NCBI GenBank assembly: GCA_965644315.1
Contig: CBFFRQ010000067.1
Span: 744,001 to 808,000 of the forward strand
DNA: 64,000 nucleotides
Source: Caecitellus pseudoparvulus
Lineage: Eukaryota > Protista > Bigyra: Bicosoecida
Direction of reading: 5' to 3'
Every line of letters begins with the position of its first letter. The stretch's first letter is position 1. The notes beneath the pieces were generated by a model. That model saw only the letters and a list, made by a program, of their open reading frames with translations, was not told the origin of the DNA and ran no database searches. Positions 21,566-35,400 of this stretch are shown here, in pieces. Made by a program: the position numbers and the translations under genes.

Positions 21566-21964
21566 ATGGCGACGGCGCAGGGCTCTGGGGACTTGGTGGA
21601 CGCTGCCGCCAAGCGGCAGAGCGCTGCCATTGAGAAGCTTGTCGCCGCCTTTGCAGCTGTGGACGACCTTGCCTTCCCCTTCAGCATTGTGGAGCTGTGC
21701 GAGTTGTTGGAGCACGGCTGCTTGGTGGTGGCGGCGGCGGATTCGGGGCAGCCTCTCAGCCTGCGGAGCGACGAAGACATTGTGCGGGATGGTGCCCTGC
21801 AGGCTTCCCATGAGGCGCTGGTGTCCCAGATCTGCTCCCAGTTGCAGCAGCAAGGCATGGTGGTGGTGCGGAACTTGGCCACTGCGCTGTCTAGCGATGA
21901 TGACGCTGAGATGGCTGGCGTGGACGGCATCGCGAAGCTGGTGCACATTGCGCTGGGCCGGTGA
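21566..21964 (+). CDS. Hypothetical acidic helical protein (132 aa)
   Basis: ATG in a CCACCATGG context with protein-like composition (MATAQGSGDLVDAAAKRQ...). No domain recognised. Confidence 0.55.
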   Translation: MATAQGSGDLVDAAAKRQSAAIEKLVAAFAAVDDLAFPFSIVELCELLEHGCLVVAAADSGQPLSLRSDEDIVRDGALQASHEALVSQICSQLQQQGMVVVRNLATALSSDDDAEMAGVDGIAKLVHIALGR

Positions 21965-22405
21965 TGCAGCTAGAACCTGGGGTGGCTCATGGTATGCCCA
22001 GGCCGGAGGGTCGGCGTGCTGTGCTACCTGCGTCGCTGCTTTCGCGCAGCGCATAGTCGCCATGAGCATGCCACTAGGCGGCCAGGGCGAGCCAGCCAGC
22101 ACTACGGACAGGACTCGAAGCGCTATGCCGCCTTGTGGAGGTGCCTGGCTCGGCATCTTCAGCGCTGCACAGGCCCCGCGGCCCCACCTTGAGACTGGGC
22201 GCAAGCCACGAGCGTTGCGCAGCACTAGAGGATGCAACTCCAAAATCACACACGCAAGCAAAGCACTCGATTCATCCACTGCGCTTGTCGAATTCTTTCC
22301 TCTCCGCCTTCCTCCTTGCTCCGAATTCCGCGCACGCAGAGGCATCTGTTGGTCAGGCGTGGTGCGGAAATTGCGCCGCCTGCCCGCCAAGTCAGTTTCT
22401 ACAGC

Positions 22406-23383
22406 ATGGGGCAGGCTCAGCCAACCCTCAAGGAGCAGATCCGAGAGAATAAGCGCCAAATCAATCGTGCCATTCGAGAGATTGACCGGGAACGGGTGGC
22501 CCTGGAGCGCCAGCAGGGTGTGAGTAAACTTCGCGGCAACGGGCTGAAAACGCTGCCTTCGGGATTGCTCCAGCGAAGCCCCTGACGCTGGAGTGCGGCG
22601 GCTGTGCTGAGTTGTCCGCATCTCAAGGCTGGCATGCTATGACATGCCCCCACACCCCTCGCTGGGACTCAGTGGCTCTCTGCTTGCCGCTGGCCTGGGC
22701 TGTGAACCCGTCCATGCACACCTCCCACACGGTCGCCGGCACCGCAGACACTGGAGGTGAACTTGAAGAAGGCCGCAAGGGAGAACCAGATGGCCACGGT
22801 GAACATCATGGCCAAGGACTACGTGCGGACGAAACGCAACATCCAGCGCTTTTACCAGATGCGCACCCAGATGCAGGGTGTGGCGCTGAAGATCCAGACC
22901 ATGAGCAGTGTGGAGGCGATGAACACGGCCATGCGCGGCGCCACGACGGCCATGATGCGCATGAACAAGAGCATGAACCTGCCCTCCATGCAGCGCATCG
23001 CGCGCGAGTTCGCCATGCAGAGCGAGCGCATGGAGATGAGTCAGGAGATGATGTCAGACGCGGTGGACGACGCGATGGAGGGGGACGAGGACGACCTGGA
23101 GGAGGACGCACTTGTCCAGCAAGTGCTCGGGGAACTCAACATCGACACCATGAGCACCCTGGGCAGTCTGGATGCCCCCACGGCGCAGCCAGCCTCGGCT
23201 GCCGCCGCCACCGCAGCGCCTACTGCGGTCGGCGTGGCCGCAGCGCCCTCGACACAGCCATCCCCTGGTGGTGCAGGCGGAGGTGGGCCCACCCCGCCGC
23301 CCCCCGCTGCTAGCGGTGGCGGCGGTGGGGGTGACTCCGGCATGAGTGACCTGGAGCGGCGCCTGAATAACCTGCGCAAGTGA
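22406..23383 (+). CDS. CHMP2A: ESCRT-III subunit CHMP2A/Vps2 (Snf7 family), 2 exons (22406-22519, 22748-23383), 249 aa
   Basis: The spliced product ...IRENKRQINRAIREIDRERVALERQQG|TLEVNLKKAARENQMATVNIMAKDYVRTKR...MMSDAVDDAMEGDE...QVLGEL... ends in a MIM1-like DLERRLNNLRK. Phase-0 intron GTGAGT...CGCAG at 22520-22747. Confidence 0.93.
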
Positions 23384-23475
23384 GGCACACATTCCACTCA
23401 GGACGGTGCCCAGCAATGCATGCTGGGCCATGGCGGAGGTGGGCACAGAATGCATTGCGCGCACAGTACAGGCAC

Positions 23476-26400
23476 TCAGCCGTTCAAAATGCCGCCGCCC
23501 AGCGTCACCGCTGTCAGCAGCTTTGACCGAAGCACCTCCTTGCTGGGGTACTCAGGCAGGTCAATGCTGAAGAAACACGTGTGTGCTTCGGGGAGGGCGT
23601 CCACCTTGCCTCGCGCCTTGTCGATGCCGTGTTTGTCCACGCCCACCCAGGCGGCATCGGATGGCGGAATGCGGCCCCGGCCCCAGGCGAAGCGGATGTA
23701 CAGAGTGCGCTCCTCGTCAGACATGTCCTCGAACACCTCCCAGAACCACTTGATGATGGCGTCTTGGGACGTGTAGCCGCTGTACACGGTGTTCCGCTTC
23801 AGCAGCTCGACGTCCACGGTGGACACGCCGGCCACCAGCACCTCCAGCTCAGGAGCTGTGACCAGCTGCAGAATGCGCTCTGGGATGACGGAACGGAAGC
23901 CCTGCACCAGCGCCTGCAGCCCTGTGTCGTACTTGTGCAGGTGGTGGTGCAGGAGGGCCTGCGCAAACTCTGCGCGGTTGGCAAAGGTGACTTGCTTGGC
24001 TGCCCCGCCCGGCACCAACTCCACGACGCTGCCGTCTGGCTCCGTCATGCTGAACGTGAGGGGTCCCTGGCTCGTCGTGAAAGCCTGGGCGAAGTCGGCT
24101 TCGCACGTGATGGGTTCTCGGGGCTTGCCCCTCGCGTCGAACTCCGCATCGCAGTCCCGCACACTGATGGCGAAGTCGTGAGCTGTGGATGAAATAAGAA
24201 GCAAGTCGTGCTCATCCGGCTCGTCCCCCAGAATGGCCTTGTACACGAGAGGGGGGAAGCAGAACGGCACTGCAGCCCCAGAGCGCAACGACATGGCCAT
24301 CCACTGTCCAATGAACCTCAGCATGCTCAGCGCACGCGGTGACGTGGCGGTGGGGTTGGGCAGGAACACAGCCAGCTCCCCGCCCTCCCCACGTGCAGCG
24401 TTTGGAGTGGGCAGGAGAAGCTCGAACTTGGAGCTAAAGAGCTCCTCAGTGGCGCGTGTCATGCCCTCGCGGAAGACGCCGCCCTGGTCAATGCCCTGCT
24501 CTCCTTCAAACTTGATGTTGCCGACAGCCGCGGAGCCCTCGCCGAACAGCAAGTTCCTATTGGAGCTGCCACCTGAGCGGAAGGCGACGGGGGACACGCT
24601 CTCCCAAGACTCAAACAGCTGCACAAAGATGTTCTCGCTCTCTGCGACACTGGTCAGGCCCTCCTCCTCGCTGCGCGTGGCGGTGAAGTTGCTGAGCTTG
24701 CCCAGCGGCATGTTGAACTCAGATGTCGTGTACCTTCCGTCAGGGCACTTCCACACAGGAATGGGGGCGGGCAGGGCACAGCCCTGGTCGCTGTCGAAGC
24801 CAACGGGGAGAATCACCTTGGTTTTGCTGTACGCGTCTGGCTTGACGTTCTCGTTCACTCGCAGGAGCTTGCGCTCCAGCATCTGCAGTGTCTGCAACTG
24901 CCCTTCCAACACATCCTGCTTGACATGCGGGAATGTGAAGCGGGAAGCTGCCGCAAGCTTTCCAGCGATGCTCGTCGGCACGTCGCTGGACAGCGGGACC
25001 GCCGCCACGGCCTTCCGCAGCACTGCGTTGAACACCTGCAGGGCTGCCAGGCGGGCCCGCAGGCGCTGGAGGGGAATGCCCGCCAGGCGCCGGAACTTCA
25101 GCGCGAGGTTGGGCGGGATGTGCACCGCGCAGGGTGGCAGGGAGGTCGCCGTGACCTTGACGGCGGCGCTGGCAGCCATGCCGTACACGCGAGAGGCCGG
25201 CTCGGGAACCTTGTTGCGTTTCTTCTTCGCCAAGCCTCGCCACTCATCGCGTAGGGACTCCTGCGACGTGCCCAGCGCAGACACGCGCTTCGCCAAGACG
25301 TTGGCCAGCTCCACAAGGTCAGCATCCTCCTCAGCTGACCATGCGCTGGCAGACGACGCTGTGAGGCCTGCTGCCTTGGCCGTGCTTGCCATGCTATGCA
25401 GGCCGCCCCACAACAGGGCATCCAAGCACCGCAGCGGAATCATGCTGGCAAGCTGGTGGCAGCAGGTCTCGTGCTTGGCCACAGACCCTTCGATGGCACC
25501 AGGCGAAACAGTGAAACCGACACCCCACAGACCAGGTGAAACGTCCGCACCTGCGGGCACCTGCAGGGAGTACGCCACGCTGCTACCTTGAATAATGATC
25601 GTCTCGCCCTCTGACAGGCTTGACAGGTATACCCCCTCCTCTGCAGCTGCCTTGAGCGCAGCAGCCTTGTCTGAGGCCTTTGCCTCTGTGGTGGGCGCCA
25701 AAGCCGGCACCCTGTGCGCATCGCGAGGCGACACACCTGTCACGGCCAGCACGCGGGGCCTGTCGTCGCCCTTGGCGCTGCTGACGCCGTGCGCCTCGAT
25801 GCCACAAGAGGCAGAGGCGCTCAAGTACAGGACGGCACCGGCGCCCAGAGACGTGTTGGGGTCCAACGTCACAGCGAGGCTGGTGGCCCCCGGAATGCTA
25901 ATTGCGCCACACAGACGCTCGCCTGCTCGGTAAGGGTGGTTGCTTTCCACGTGGCGGCTGAGGCCAGCCACTGGCAGCCACGTGCTGGCAACGAAGGCGT
26001 CGCTTGCATCAACGCCCAAAGTCAGCGTCTCTGCCATGGCCTGCGCAGTGGACATGATGTCCGCAATCTGCACGCCCCCGCTTCGTGCAGCCGCGACGGT
26101 GGGAAGGATGGTGCGGGACGCGAACGCACTGGGGTGGCTCATGGGCTGCGGCACGCGGGGGTCTTTGATGCCCTTGCCTGTCGTCGCCAGCTGCCTCCCG
26201 CTACGCCACAGGGCCAGTCCTCCCATCAATCCAGACTTGTCCCCAGCTGCTGCTTGCAGTGCCTTGGCCGCACGCTTCTCCCGTGCGCGCTTGGCAGCAC
26301 GCGCCACCATGGTGGCCGCCCCACCAGCCAGCAGAGCAAACGCACCCCCCTTGCTTGGGGCAGCCTCCCCACTGGCCTCTTCCGTGGTAGCCTGCGCAGC

Positions 26401-29400
26401 CTCCTCAGCAATGAGGCCTGCAGAGCGACCTGCGGCAGCGACAGCGGCCTCTGCTGCGGCAGTCAGCTTCCTCGCAGCACTGGGTCCGGCGAGCAACAGC
26501 GGAGTGTTCGTCACGACAGTGGGCGGCACACCCTCGTCGCGCACCTCCTCATCAGCGGCATGCTCGCTCCCTGCCTTGGCATCTGCTCCCGGCTGCTCCC
26601 GATGGTAAGGCACCAGGCAGGACACCTTGGTGCCCAGGGCAGCCATGCCTTCAGAGGTGCCGATGAGGGCGGCCAGAGAGGACCCGCCGTCGCTGGCAGG
26701 GGGGGACACTACCCCGCCTTCCTCCAGCACGACGGCTGCAGGGCGCTGCGCGACAACACCCTTGAGCACATCGCGAAGGGCCTCTACTGTGGTCGCTGCG
26801 CTGCGAGTCACCAGCACCACCTTGCCGAAGAGGGGCGGCAGCATGCCTGTGCTCTCCAACACGCGGCCGGCGTACACCGCAGTGGCCGTGTCGCTGGCTT
26901 CCACCACGCCGACGTCTTTCAGTGCTTTGCCTGTGTACACCGTCTGCCCCTGCTTGCCTGCGAGCGAGGCGGCCCGGGCGAGGGACTTGCCAGTCTCCAA
27001 CAGTGCCTCCTCCACCGCTGACAGGCCTGCAACATCCTCCACAGTCTGACAGGACGCCAAGCTCAGCGCATGCGCGAGGAGGAAGGCACTGGGGTCGCCC
27101 CCAGCCCCACCAGCACCCGCCGCCACCTCGGGCAGCTGGAAGGCACCTGGCCGGTCTGCAGACACGATGGCTACTTCCCCTGCGATGCCTTCTGCAGTGC
27201 CATCCAACTTCTGCACCTTGGGCGTCCATACAGCACCCTCGTCAGCCTTCTCTTGCCACTTCGCAAATGCAGCGGCCAGGGCGCGCGAGTGGCCGATGTA
27301 CGACAAGGCCACCTCGGACGGCACGCTGCCTTCATTCTTCACCTGGACACGAAGTGGCTTCGGGACACAAGCTGGAGCCGCGCTGGCCTTCACGTCTGCT
27401 GCTTCTCCTTCTGCTGCTGCTCCATCTTCCGCTGTGGGTGAGCCGCCTTCCTCCGCAGCCGTCCGGGCCGCATCAGAGCTGGTCCACTCAGTGTCCCACG
27501 GCTTAGGGCAGCGCGGCAAGTGCAACGAGGCAAGCAAGGACAGCACAGGCGGGGTCAACAAGTTCAACACCCACTTCTGCACATAGTCAATGCTATCGTC
27601 TGGGCGGGGGTCCTTCAAGTCCTTCACCTCCAACTCCATCAAACTTCCAGAGTCGCAGCCTTGCTCTGCGCACACGATGTCGGCCAGAGCGCCGTCCACC
27701 ACCTCAATGGCCCTGCTTGCAAAGGCGCCTTGGCCTGCCTGACTCAGCAGCACGTCTGCGAAACCCCAAACAACATCCCACAGGTCCACGACGGCGCGGC
27801 CTTGTCCCAACACAAGCTGGTGAGCCAAAAGGTTGGTGAAGATAGCCGCAGCCCGGTCGCCGTGTTCGTCCTCTGTCAGCGTCGCAAAGACGTCTTGCAC
27901 TGCGATGGAGTCGGAAAAGTTGCAGCCCACGATGCCCTGTGCAGCGAAAGACAGCTGCGCCCAGAAGCTAGCGAGCAGCGCAGCTCCCGCAGACTCATCC
28001 ACGCGCCCAGACAGCGTACAGTCAAGCTCACTGCTGCCACCAGGCACAGTGGACAGCGGCGGGTCGGCGTCTTCGCCCACTCCCAGCACGAGGGAGAGCG
28101 TGGTGAGCTGGCTGCTGGACAGCTGCTGCAGCACAAACACCAAGACTTGGGCCGCCGACACCTCTCCGTCCGCAGGACGCCCCTCCGTGTTCTGAGGCCG
28201 CACCAACTGCACACCATGCCTGTAGTCTGCCATCTCAGGCAGGCCATTGGCGACCTCCTCGTCGCTGTCCGAGCCTGAGTCTGCATCACTCGCATCGTCG
28301 GTCGAGGGCGTCGCCTTCTTGGACCCGCTCGACTTGTCGTGTGCTGCGGCATACTGAGCTTTAAACGACGCCAGCGCCTCCTCCTGCGCTTTTTCAGAGG
28401 ACTGGGCAACAGCTGGGGGCAGGAAGGCAACACGAGCTCCAGCCAGGCGCAGAGCCACCCCATCCACTCGCCGACCTTCACCCAGCCGCCTCGCAACCGT
28501 TGCCCACGCTGGAGCTGACTCTGGCAAAGCCGCAGAGCTCACTGCTGCTTCTTCGACTGCCTCGGCGCTATGAAGTGTCTGCACAACGTCCACTGCATCC
28601 CGCGAAACGCCGCCCAACGCGGCTACCTTGTCGATGAAGTCTGCCGAGCTGTGCGCTGCATCGGTGCCGCCTTGTTCCAGCGCTTTGGCAGCTGCAAGCA
28701 AATCCATGAGCGCCCTCAAGCCCGCGGGGACTTGCAGTCCTCGCTGCAGTGTTGTGGGTAAGCTCGTGTGCGCGACATGGCCCCCTGCCAAGCGCAACAC
28801 GCCGCTCTGCTGCTGCTGCAGGCTCTTGAGCAGAGCCATGGTCTGCGAGGTGGCCACACCCACTGCACCGACATCACGCAGCACGTCGGATCCATTGGGT
28901 AGCTTGGCACTGCCCAACTGGACCTGGACGCATGTCGCCATCGCAGCGGCTGCGTGGGCCGGTGCATACGCCAAGTGGTCCGTGCAGGGGGGATGCTGAG
29001 GGTGGAACAGGTGGCCCGTCGAGAGGATCTGGGAAGCCAGCTGCGTCAGCGCAGCTTGCAAGCGGCCAGGCACACCTGGGTGGCGGGCGTGCCGCAGGAG
29101 CGCAAGCACGGTCCCGTTGTTGTGCAGACCCTCCAACGCCTGCCCTTGCACAGGCAGCGACGACAGCACCCTGTTCAGGAGGAATGCCAGCAACCAAGCG
29201 CCCCAAACAGGGGAGGGCGTGTCCGCTTCTGCCTCGCTCTTCCATCCTACATGCACGGGTGCGGCGGACAATCCCACAGATACCCCAGCTGGAGCAAGCG
29301 CGTCCCCGCCGTCCTTCTGCTCGCAGGCGGAGGACTGCTCGGCAGCGCCATCTTCCTCTTTGTGCTCTGCACCACTTGCCGCAGCACCTGGCCACTGAAC

Positions 29401-32400
29401 CGCAGACAGGTCCACGTACACGTGCGCTGAAGAGGCCGGGATCGAGACGCTCTGCCAGCGAAGGTCCACCGTGAGCGGTGTGGGCTCCTTGTCCTTGCTA
29501 CCCGACTCGTCATCTTTCTCTTCCTCGGGCGCGGTGGTAGAAGTGCCTTCAGCGTCTGCTGCACCAGCAGCTGCACCAGCGGCATCAGCACGACTGGCGG
29601 GGGTAGACTTCACCCCCTTGGGCCCAGCGCCTGTAGGTGTCGGCTGGGGCGTCCAGCCATACCCCACCGCCACGCCCTTGTGCTGCGCCGCGTTCAGCAA
29701 ACGGCCCTCAGAATCCCACACGGCAAACACAGTGGGAACCTTGGGCTGCTCAGACTCATCGCTCTTAGCCTGTGTGTCATCACCAGTGTCTTCCACGGGC
29801 ACACACCAGTCATCTGACAGTCCACTGGGGGGCGGCGCAGACAACAAAGCAAGCCGTGCCCCGGAGGGCAGTGACTGGGCGCTGTTTGAGAACGACACGA
29901 CCATGCTGCTGGCGTGCATCACGCTCAAGTCGCTCCCCACGCCCTTGCGGCCCGACAAAGCCACGCCCGGCGCTCGAAGAGCCACGCCCGACTTGGCCCT
30001 CTGCTCAGTGGAGGCATGCAGGTGCCACAGCGCCTCCACCAGCAGCTTATCGGCAATGCTGGAGTGCTTGGCGCTGCTCTGCGCAGCTTCCACGGTCACA
30101 GCCTGGTGCAGCGCTGTGGACAGCTCCTGCAGACCCGCCCGTGCCTCAGTGCTCGCCTGGGGGGGCTTGTCGCCCACACTCGGGAGCTGGCACGCGCCAA
30201 GGGCCGGGTCTCGCACAGCCATGATGCGCACCAGGCGAGAGAAGTCTTGGGACGTGCACAGCACCATGAGCAATGCTGTCGCCGCCTCGCAGTCTCCCAG
30301 AGCAGAGGAGGCGTTGAGCGCCCCCAGCAGGCAAGCTCTCGCTGCCCGCACACACAGCACGGTCATGGCATCCTCCAGCACCGTGCGTGTGCCATCCCTG
30401 TCTCCCTGTGCTAAACCCAGAACTGCGTCGATCGTGTACGCGCTCGTCGCAGGCACAAGCTGCACCAGGGCGAGCCCTCGCTCAGTGTCGTGGACGCGCA
30501 TAGGGATGGCCTGAGACAACGCTGTGGACACCTCCTTCGCCAGCAAACCGTCAGGCAGGGTCACGGGATCAGCCGAGATGCCAGATAGCAGCTGTGGCAG
30601 CCCGCTTCCCATCGCACTGATGCCTTTTCCCACACAAGCCCACGCTGGCTTGTCCCCTGCAATGTGCGTGGCCAGGGACTTGGGCACCAGCGCAAGAGGG
30701 ACACCTGCCCGCAGGTCGGCAGCACCCGGGCCAGCCACATTGAGGGAGTGCAGGAGCAGGACAAGACGCGAGGGAATGAGGTCTGGGAAATTCGCAGTGC
30801 GCTTTGCAATATCGTCCTCAGACTCTCCCTCGTCGTCGTCGTCTCGATCGGTCGCAAGCCGCCGGCCCTTTCCGAGGGCTGGCGAAACTTCCACCTGCAC
30901 TGTCAGCTGATCCACGGAATACACTGACAAGGACAGGGGCCAGCTTGCACCCACGCAGTCGAGAGCAGGCAAAGAGGCCAGGGTGACCCCGTCGCCTTTG
31001 ATCACAACGCGTACCACGTATCCCAGCCTCACAGGTGGGGTCAGAGGCGTGTGGAAAGTGCACTTCAAGTCGCCCTGCACGTCTGGTCCCAGCAGGCCTT
31101 CATCGGACAGTCCCAGCACGCCCTCGAGGTGAGACCACTGCCTGCCCAGCGGCATGGTCAGTGTTCGAACGACCTTGAAGTCGCGCCGAGTCACGAGGTC
31201 CACGACATCTGATGAACCGTCCCCGTAGGTGGCCGCTGCAGCTTTGGCCAAGCTCGCAATCTTGCTCTCTGCCTTCAGTTTGCCATCAGACGTGCAAGTT
31301 TTCGAGGCCACTGCCGCGTGTTCCGGGTGTGCCACCGCTGCGGCATCGGGCAGCTCGAAAGGCACAGCAAGGACACCGGTGGCTGGGCAAGCGACACCAG
31401 CCACGTTGTAGCTGGTGGAAGTTGCAGGCGCCTCACCAGCTGGCAACACTAGGGAAACGCTCACAACCTCTTCCTCTTTCTCAGCCACAGCGCTCCCGCC
31501 AGTCTTCTCCAGTGGACGCTTGAAGGAGCCCTGAAGCTCGGCATCAGACACAACGACACTGGCAAAAATAGAGGCTTGTGCGCCTTCGCCGCTCGGCGCG
31601 TCGCCACCGAAGCCAGCTTGGTCCAGAGCCGTGGCTGCCTTGCGGTCGGTTGCGACAGCATCCAGGCGCGCCTGGGCGGCGCCCAAGCGCTGCTCTGCTC
31701 GGAGCTGAGCATGGGCTAACATGCACGCCAGCACAGAGCCACCGTCGGCTCCACCCTGCACCATGTTGGCAACTATCTGCCAACTGCTCAACGTTTGATC
31801 ATGTAACATTGGCAAGAAGCGATGCAAGAAGGGATGACCGAGCACTTTCTCCGGCGCCATGCCGTCCCATGAGAGACTCTTCACCTCCGCCTTCAACATA
31901 GCACACTGTAGTCCGCCCTTGGCCTCGCTGCCGTACTTGGAATTTCGCTTGAGGCCGAGGCCAGGAGTGCTGCCCACGGTCTCAAAGGCCGCCTCGCCTT
32001 CAGCCGTGTAATCCTCGGGTTGATCGCGCGCACGGCGTGCATCCTGTTCGCTGGGCTGCCATGTCCGGTTCTTGTCAGCAAACCTGAATGGAATGTCATC
32101 CCCAACGATCTTCAGCTCCTCCCACACTTGCTTGTTAGTGAGCTTGGCGCCAGGGTCCGCAGCGACCTTCTTCTGCCAAGCAGAAGCCATGACAACCTCC
32201 GTCACATGCAACTCGACGTTCTCGCCTCCGGATAGCCACATGACAGGGAACAGCGGGCCTTCCACCCCAGTAAACTTGTTGTCTGAGCCGACTTCGCCCC
32301 CCTTCCACCACCAACGCAGGCTGCCGTCGGGCATGTGGAGCACCTTTGCCTCAACCTCTTCATCTTCGCCTGCCGGTGCCGAGAAGCCACTCACCCAATT

Positions 32401-35400
32401 GGCGCTTGATGCGTGGTACAAGCACTGGTCATTAAACGCAAGTGCCCAGGACGCAGGACAGCGTCCAGGCAAGGTTTTGGGGTCTTTGCCGCCTTGTGCA
32501 AGTCCAAGAGACATTCTGACATCTTGCCAAGTATCCACTGAGCCCTTCTTCAGCAGGAAGCTTACGCCAACGACTCCCATCGCTTCCTCGCCACCCGTCC
32601 CAGTGGGGTCCAATGGAACCTCAACGACGTCTGCTTTGGCTAAGCTGGCAGAACTGGCGGCTGGCATGAGCGCGGAGCAGCTGACAGCACGCGGCCCGCG
32701 GCTCCGTGCGCCTTTTTCGTCGGCCGGTAAGGCCTGCGGCAACAGTGGGTCCAGCATGCCCAACGCAGCCAAAGATGACACAGCACTGAGGTGCTCATCA
32801 GCAGAGCCGGGCAACTTTGTTTCAGAGGCAAGCTGCAGGCCCTTTTCACCCGGCAAATCTTGGAACACCCAAGCTGGGAGACCAGCGAGAGCACGCTCAC
32901 TTGTGTGCAGTGAGGACCCGGTAGTTGCAGTCTGCAGAGCTAGTGCCGCTGACGATAGCCCTTGCTGGGGGAGCAGCAACTTGTCACCTTCAATGGGGCG
33001 ACGGAGGGCTTCTGCCGCAGCCACTGCTGCGCGGGCAAAGGCTGGAGTGGCTGCTGCTGTGTCCACAGCAACGCGGGCGGGACACGGCTTCAGTGCTGAC
33101 GCTGGGAGTGCTGCGAAAGCTGTCAGACCCAGGTCTAAGGACACTGCGCCAGCCGACAGCAAAAGCGAGGCCCCAGCAGCCGCCCACGAGACCGACACCT
33201 TCCCAGACTTTGCAGGTACACACACCTCACCCATCTCCCCAGCCTCGGAGGTCAAAAGCGCCAGTGTGCAGCCATCGCGGGTTGCCACATGTACAGGGGA
33301 TGAAGCATCAGCTGGGAGAGCGGGCAGTGTGGCCAAGGGCACAGCGATCGATGAGGCTGCGCAGGCCGAAGCGCAAGAAACGGACAGCACGATCGCTGCT
33401 CCCTCAGCACCGTCGCTGTGCACGGCCACCCGGCCGCTCTGTTTCGTCAATGCAGCGGGGATGTGAGCAATGAAAGCGCCAGCGTCCCAATCAGTGATCT
33501 CTGCACACAGCTGCTGGACCACGTCAACAGGGGCTTCCGCAGACCACACGGCTTGTGGAGGCAAGCCCTGCAGTGCGGCTCCGGAGTCGGATTTCAGTAG
33601 CGCCTTCGCGTCGTCAACTTTGCCGGAGGACAGCATGAGGGCGGTCCTCGCTGAAACCACGTCGCAGGTACAGCTGGATGCCACCTCGCGAAGAGTGCTG
33701 TCGGAGGTGCTGCCGGGTGTGTCAGCTGTGGCGGCTGCGGGTGTTGTCGGAGAGGAAGTGGGGCTGCATGCCGGCGACACGCCGCCCATGCCTCCGCTCA
33801 GGACAATCCCTTGGTCCAACACGCTAAGAAGCGTTGCATCAGGAGCGTCGATGTACGCGGCAGCACTCTTGCTGAGAGGCTTCAGGGCGCCTTCGTACAG
33901 GGCGGAGACGAATGGGGGGAGAGACCCAGGAGCACTGCCGTGCATGATGGCCTCAATGAGGGGTTTGGCCAGAGCTTGTTTCTCCAGCAGGTGCTGCACA
34001 GTCCCCAATGCGTGCATGGCGAGGAACAAGCCCGGTAGACTGGACGCACCTGCGCCCTGTGCAAGGGAAATGAGGCTGTGTAGCACTGGGGCGTCCAGCC
34101 GGACGAGCTCGGCGGAAGCAGGCGGATGCAGCGCAGGAGTCAGGTCAGTCGGTGAGTAAGAAGCCGTCCTCATCGTCGAAGTCAAGGTAATTCCTTCCGC
34201 AACCAGCACAGTGCACTCACTACTGCTGCTTGTGGAGCCAGTGGCAGGGGTGGCCCCGGAAGGGAGCATGCCTGGCATAAAGAATGTCCGCAGAAGGTCC
34301 CCATCGGCACCTTGCACAGTATGAGACAAGGACAGGACAGTGCCGGTTTTGGTGTCCCCAGCACCAGTGCCTGGGAGGGCGACACGCGCTCCGACGAACA
34401 AGCCACCGTCGGCAGCTGCAAGGAATCGCATGCAAGCCAAGATGCGGGCGAGGGCGTGCTTGTCAGCTTGCACATCAGCACCATCTTGCAGCCATGCGGC
34501 AGCCTCGTTGATGGCGGCAGGCACAAGCCCAACCAAGTGCTTTGCCCATGGCCCGTGCACGTCCAAGGCGAGCCGGCGAAGAAGCTGCAGCGCCAAGGAC
34601 GCCAGCGCCTGGTCGCATTCAGGGGTGGAAGCAACGGGAGCATCAGGGTGTTGCACCCCAGTCCAAGCCAGCGGCAGGTGAGCCCCCCAGGACATGGCCA
34701 CCGGGGCTGCCACCATATGCAGCAGCCACCCTAAAGCCACGCTTGAAATGGTGGATGTGTCGCCCCCCACAGCGCTGCCGCCAGCTGCGACGTGGTCGCC
34801 TGCATACACGGCGCTCCACATGTCAATGTCTGCCGCTGCGGGCCACGCACTTTTCAGTGCCGCGCCCACGAAGCTGGGGCGCAGTTCGTGGGCACAGCTT
34901 CCCAGCAACAGAAGCACCGCGCGGCGCAGGCGCAGGGAGCCGAAAGCAAAAGCAATCACCATGCGCTCCAGCCAGGCGGCTGTGACGAGTGCTTCGCGGA
35001 CTGTAGCTGACCCAGCTAAAGACAGCAGCTCTCCAAAGTGTCCGTTCAGGGCTGCTTCAGCAGCTACGTGTTCGCCACACCTGTCCGCCCGCAGCTCCGC
35101 AACGTATGCATCAATGCCCTTGCCAAGGGTGGCCAGCGACTCCCTCTGTAAGCAAACAAGCGGCTCATGATCTGTACCTGCAGCACCCTCCATACCGGCA
35201 GGCTCGCCTGCTGTGCTGTTCACGCGGCTAAGCTGCAGAACAGAGCTCTGCACGCTGCGGGTCGAATCCGCTTCGGGTGAGGCTGTGCGCTTGAGGCCCT
35301 TGCTATCCAGCGGCTGTGCCCCAAAGGCAAGCTTCGTGAGCACACTGGCAACAAGGCTGGCAGGTGAGGCGAGCTTCAGCTCTGTTTCTGGGACTGGTGT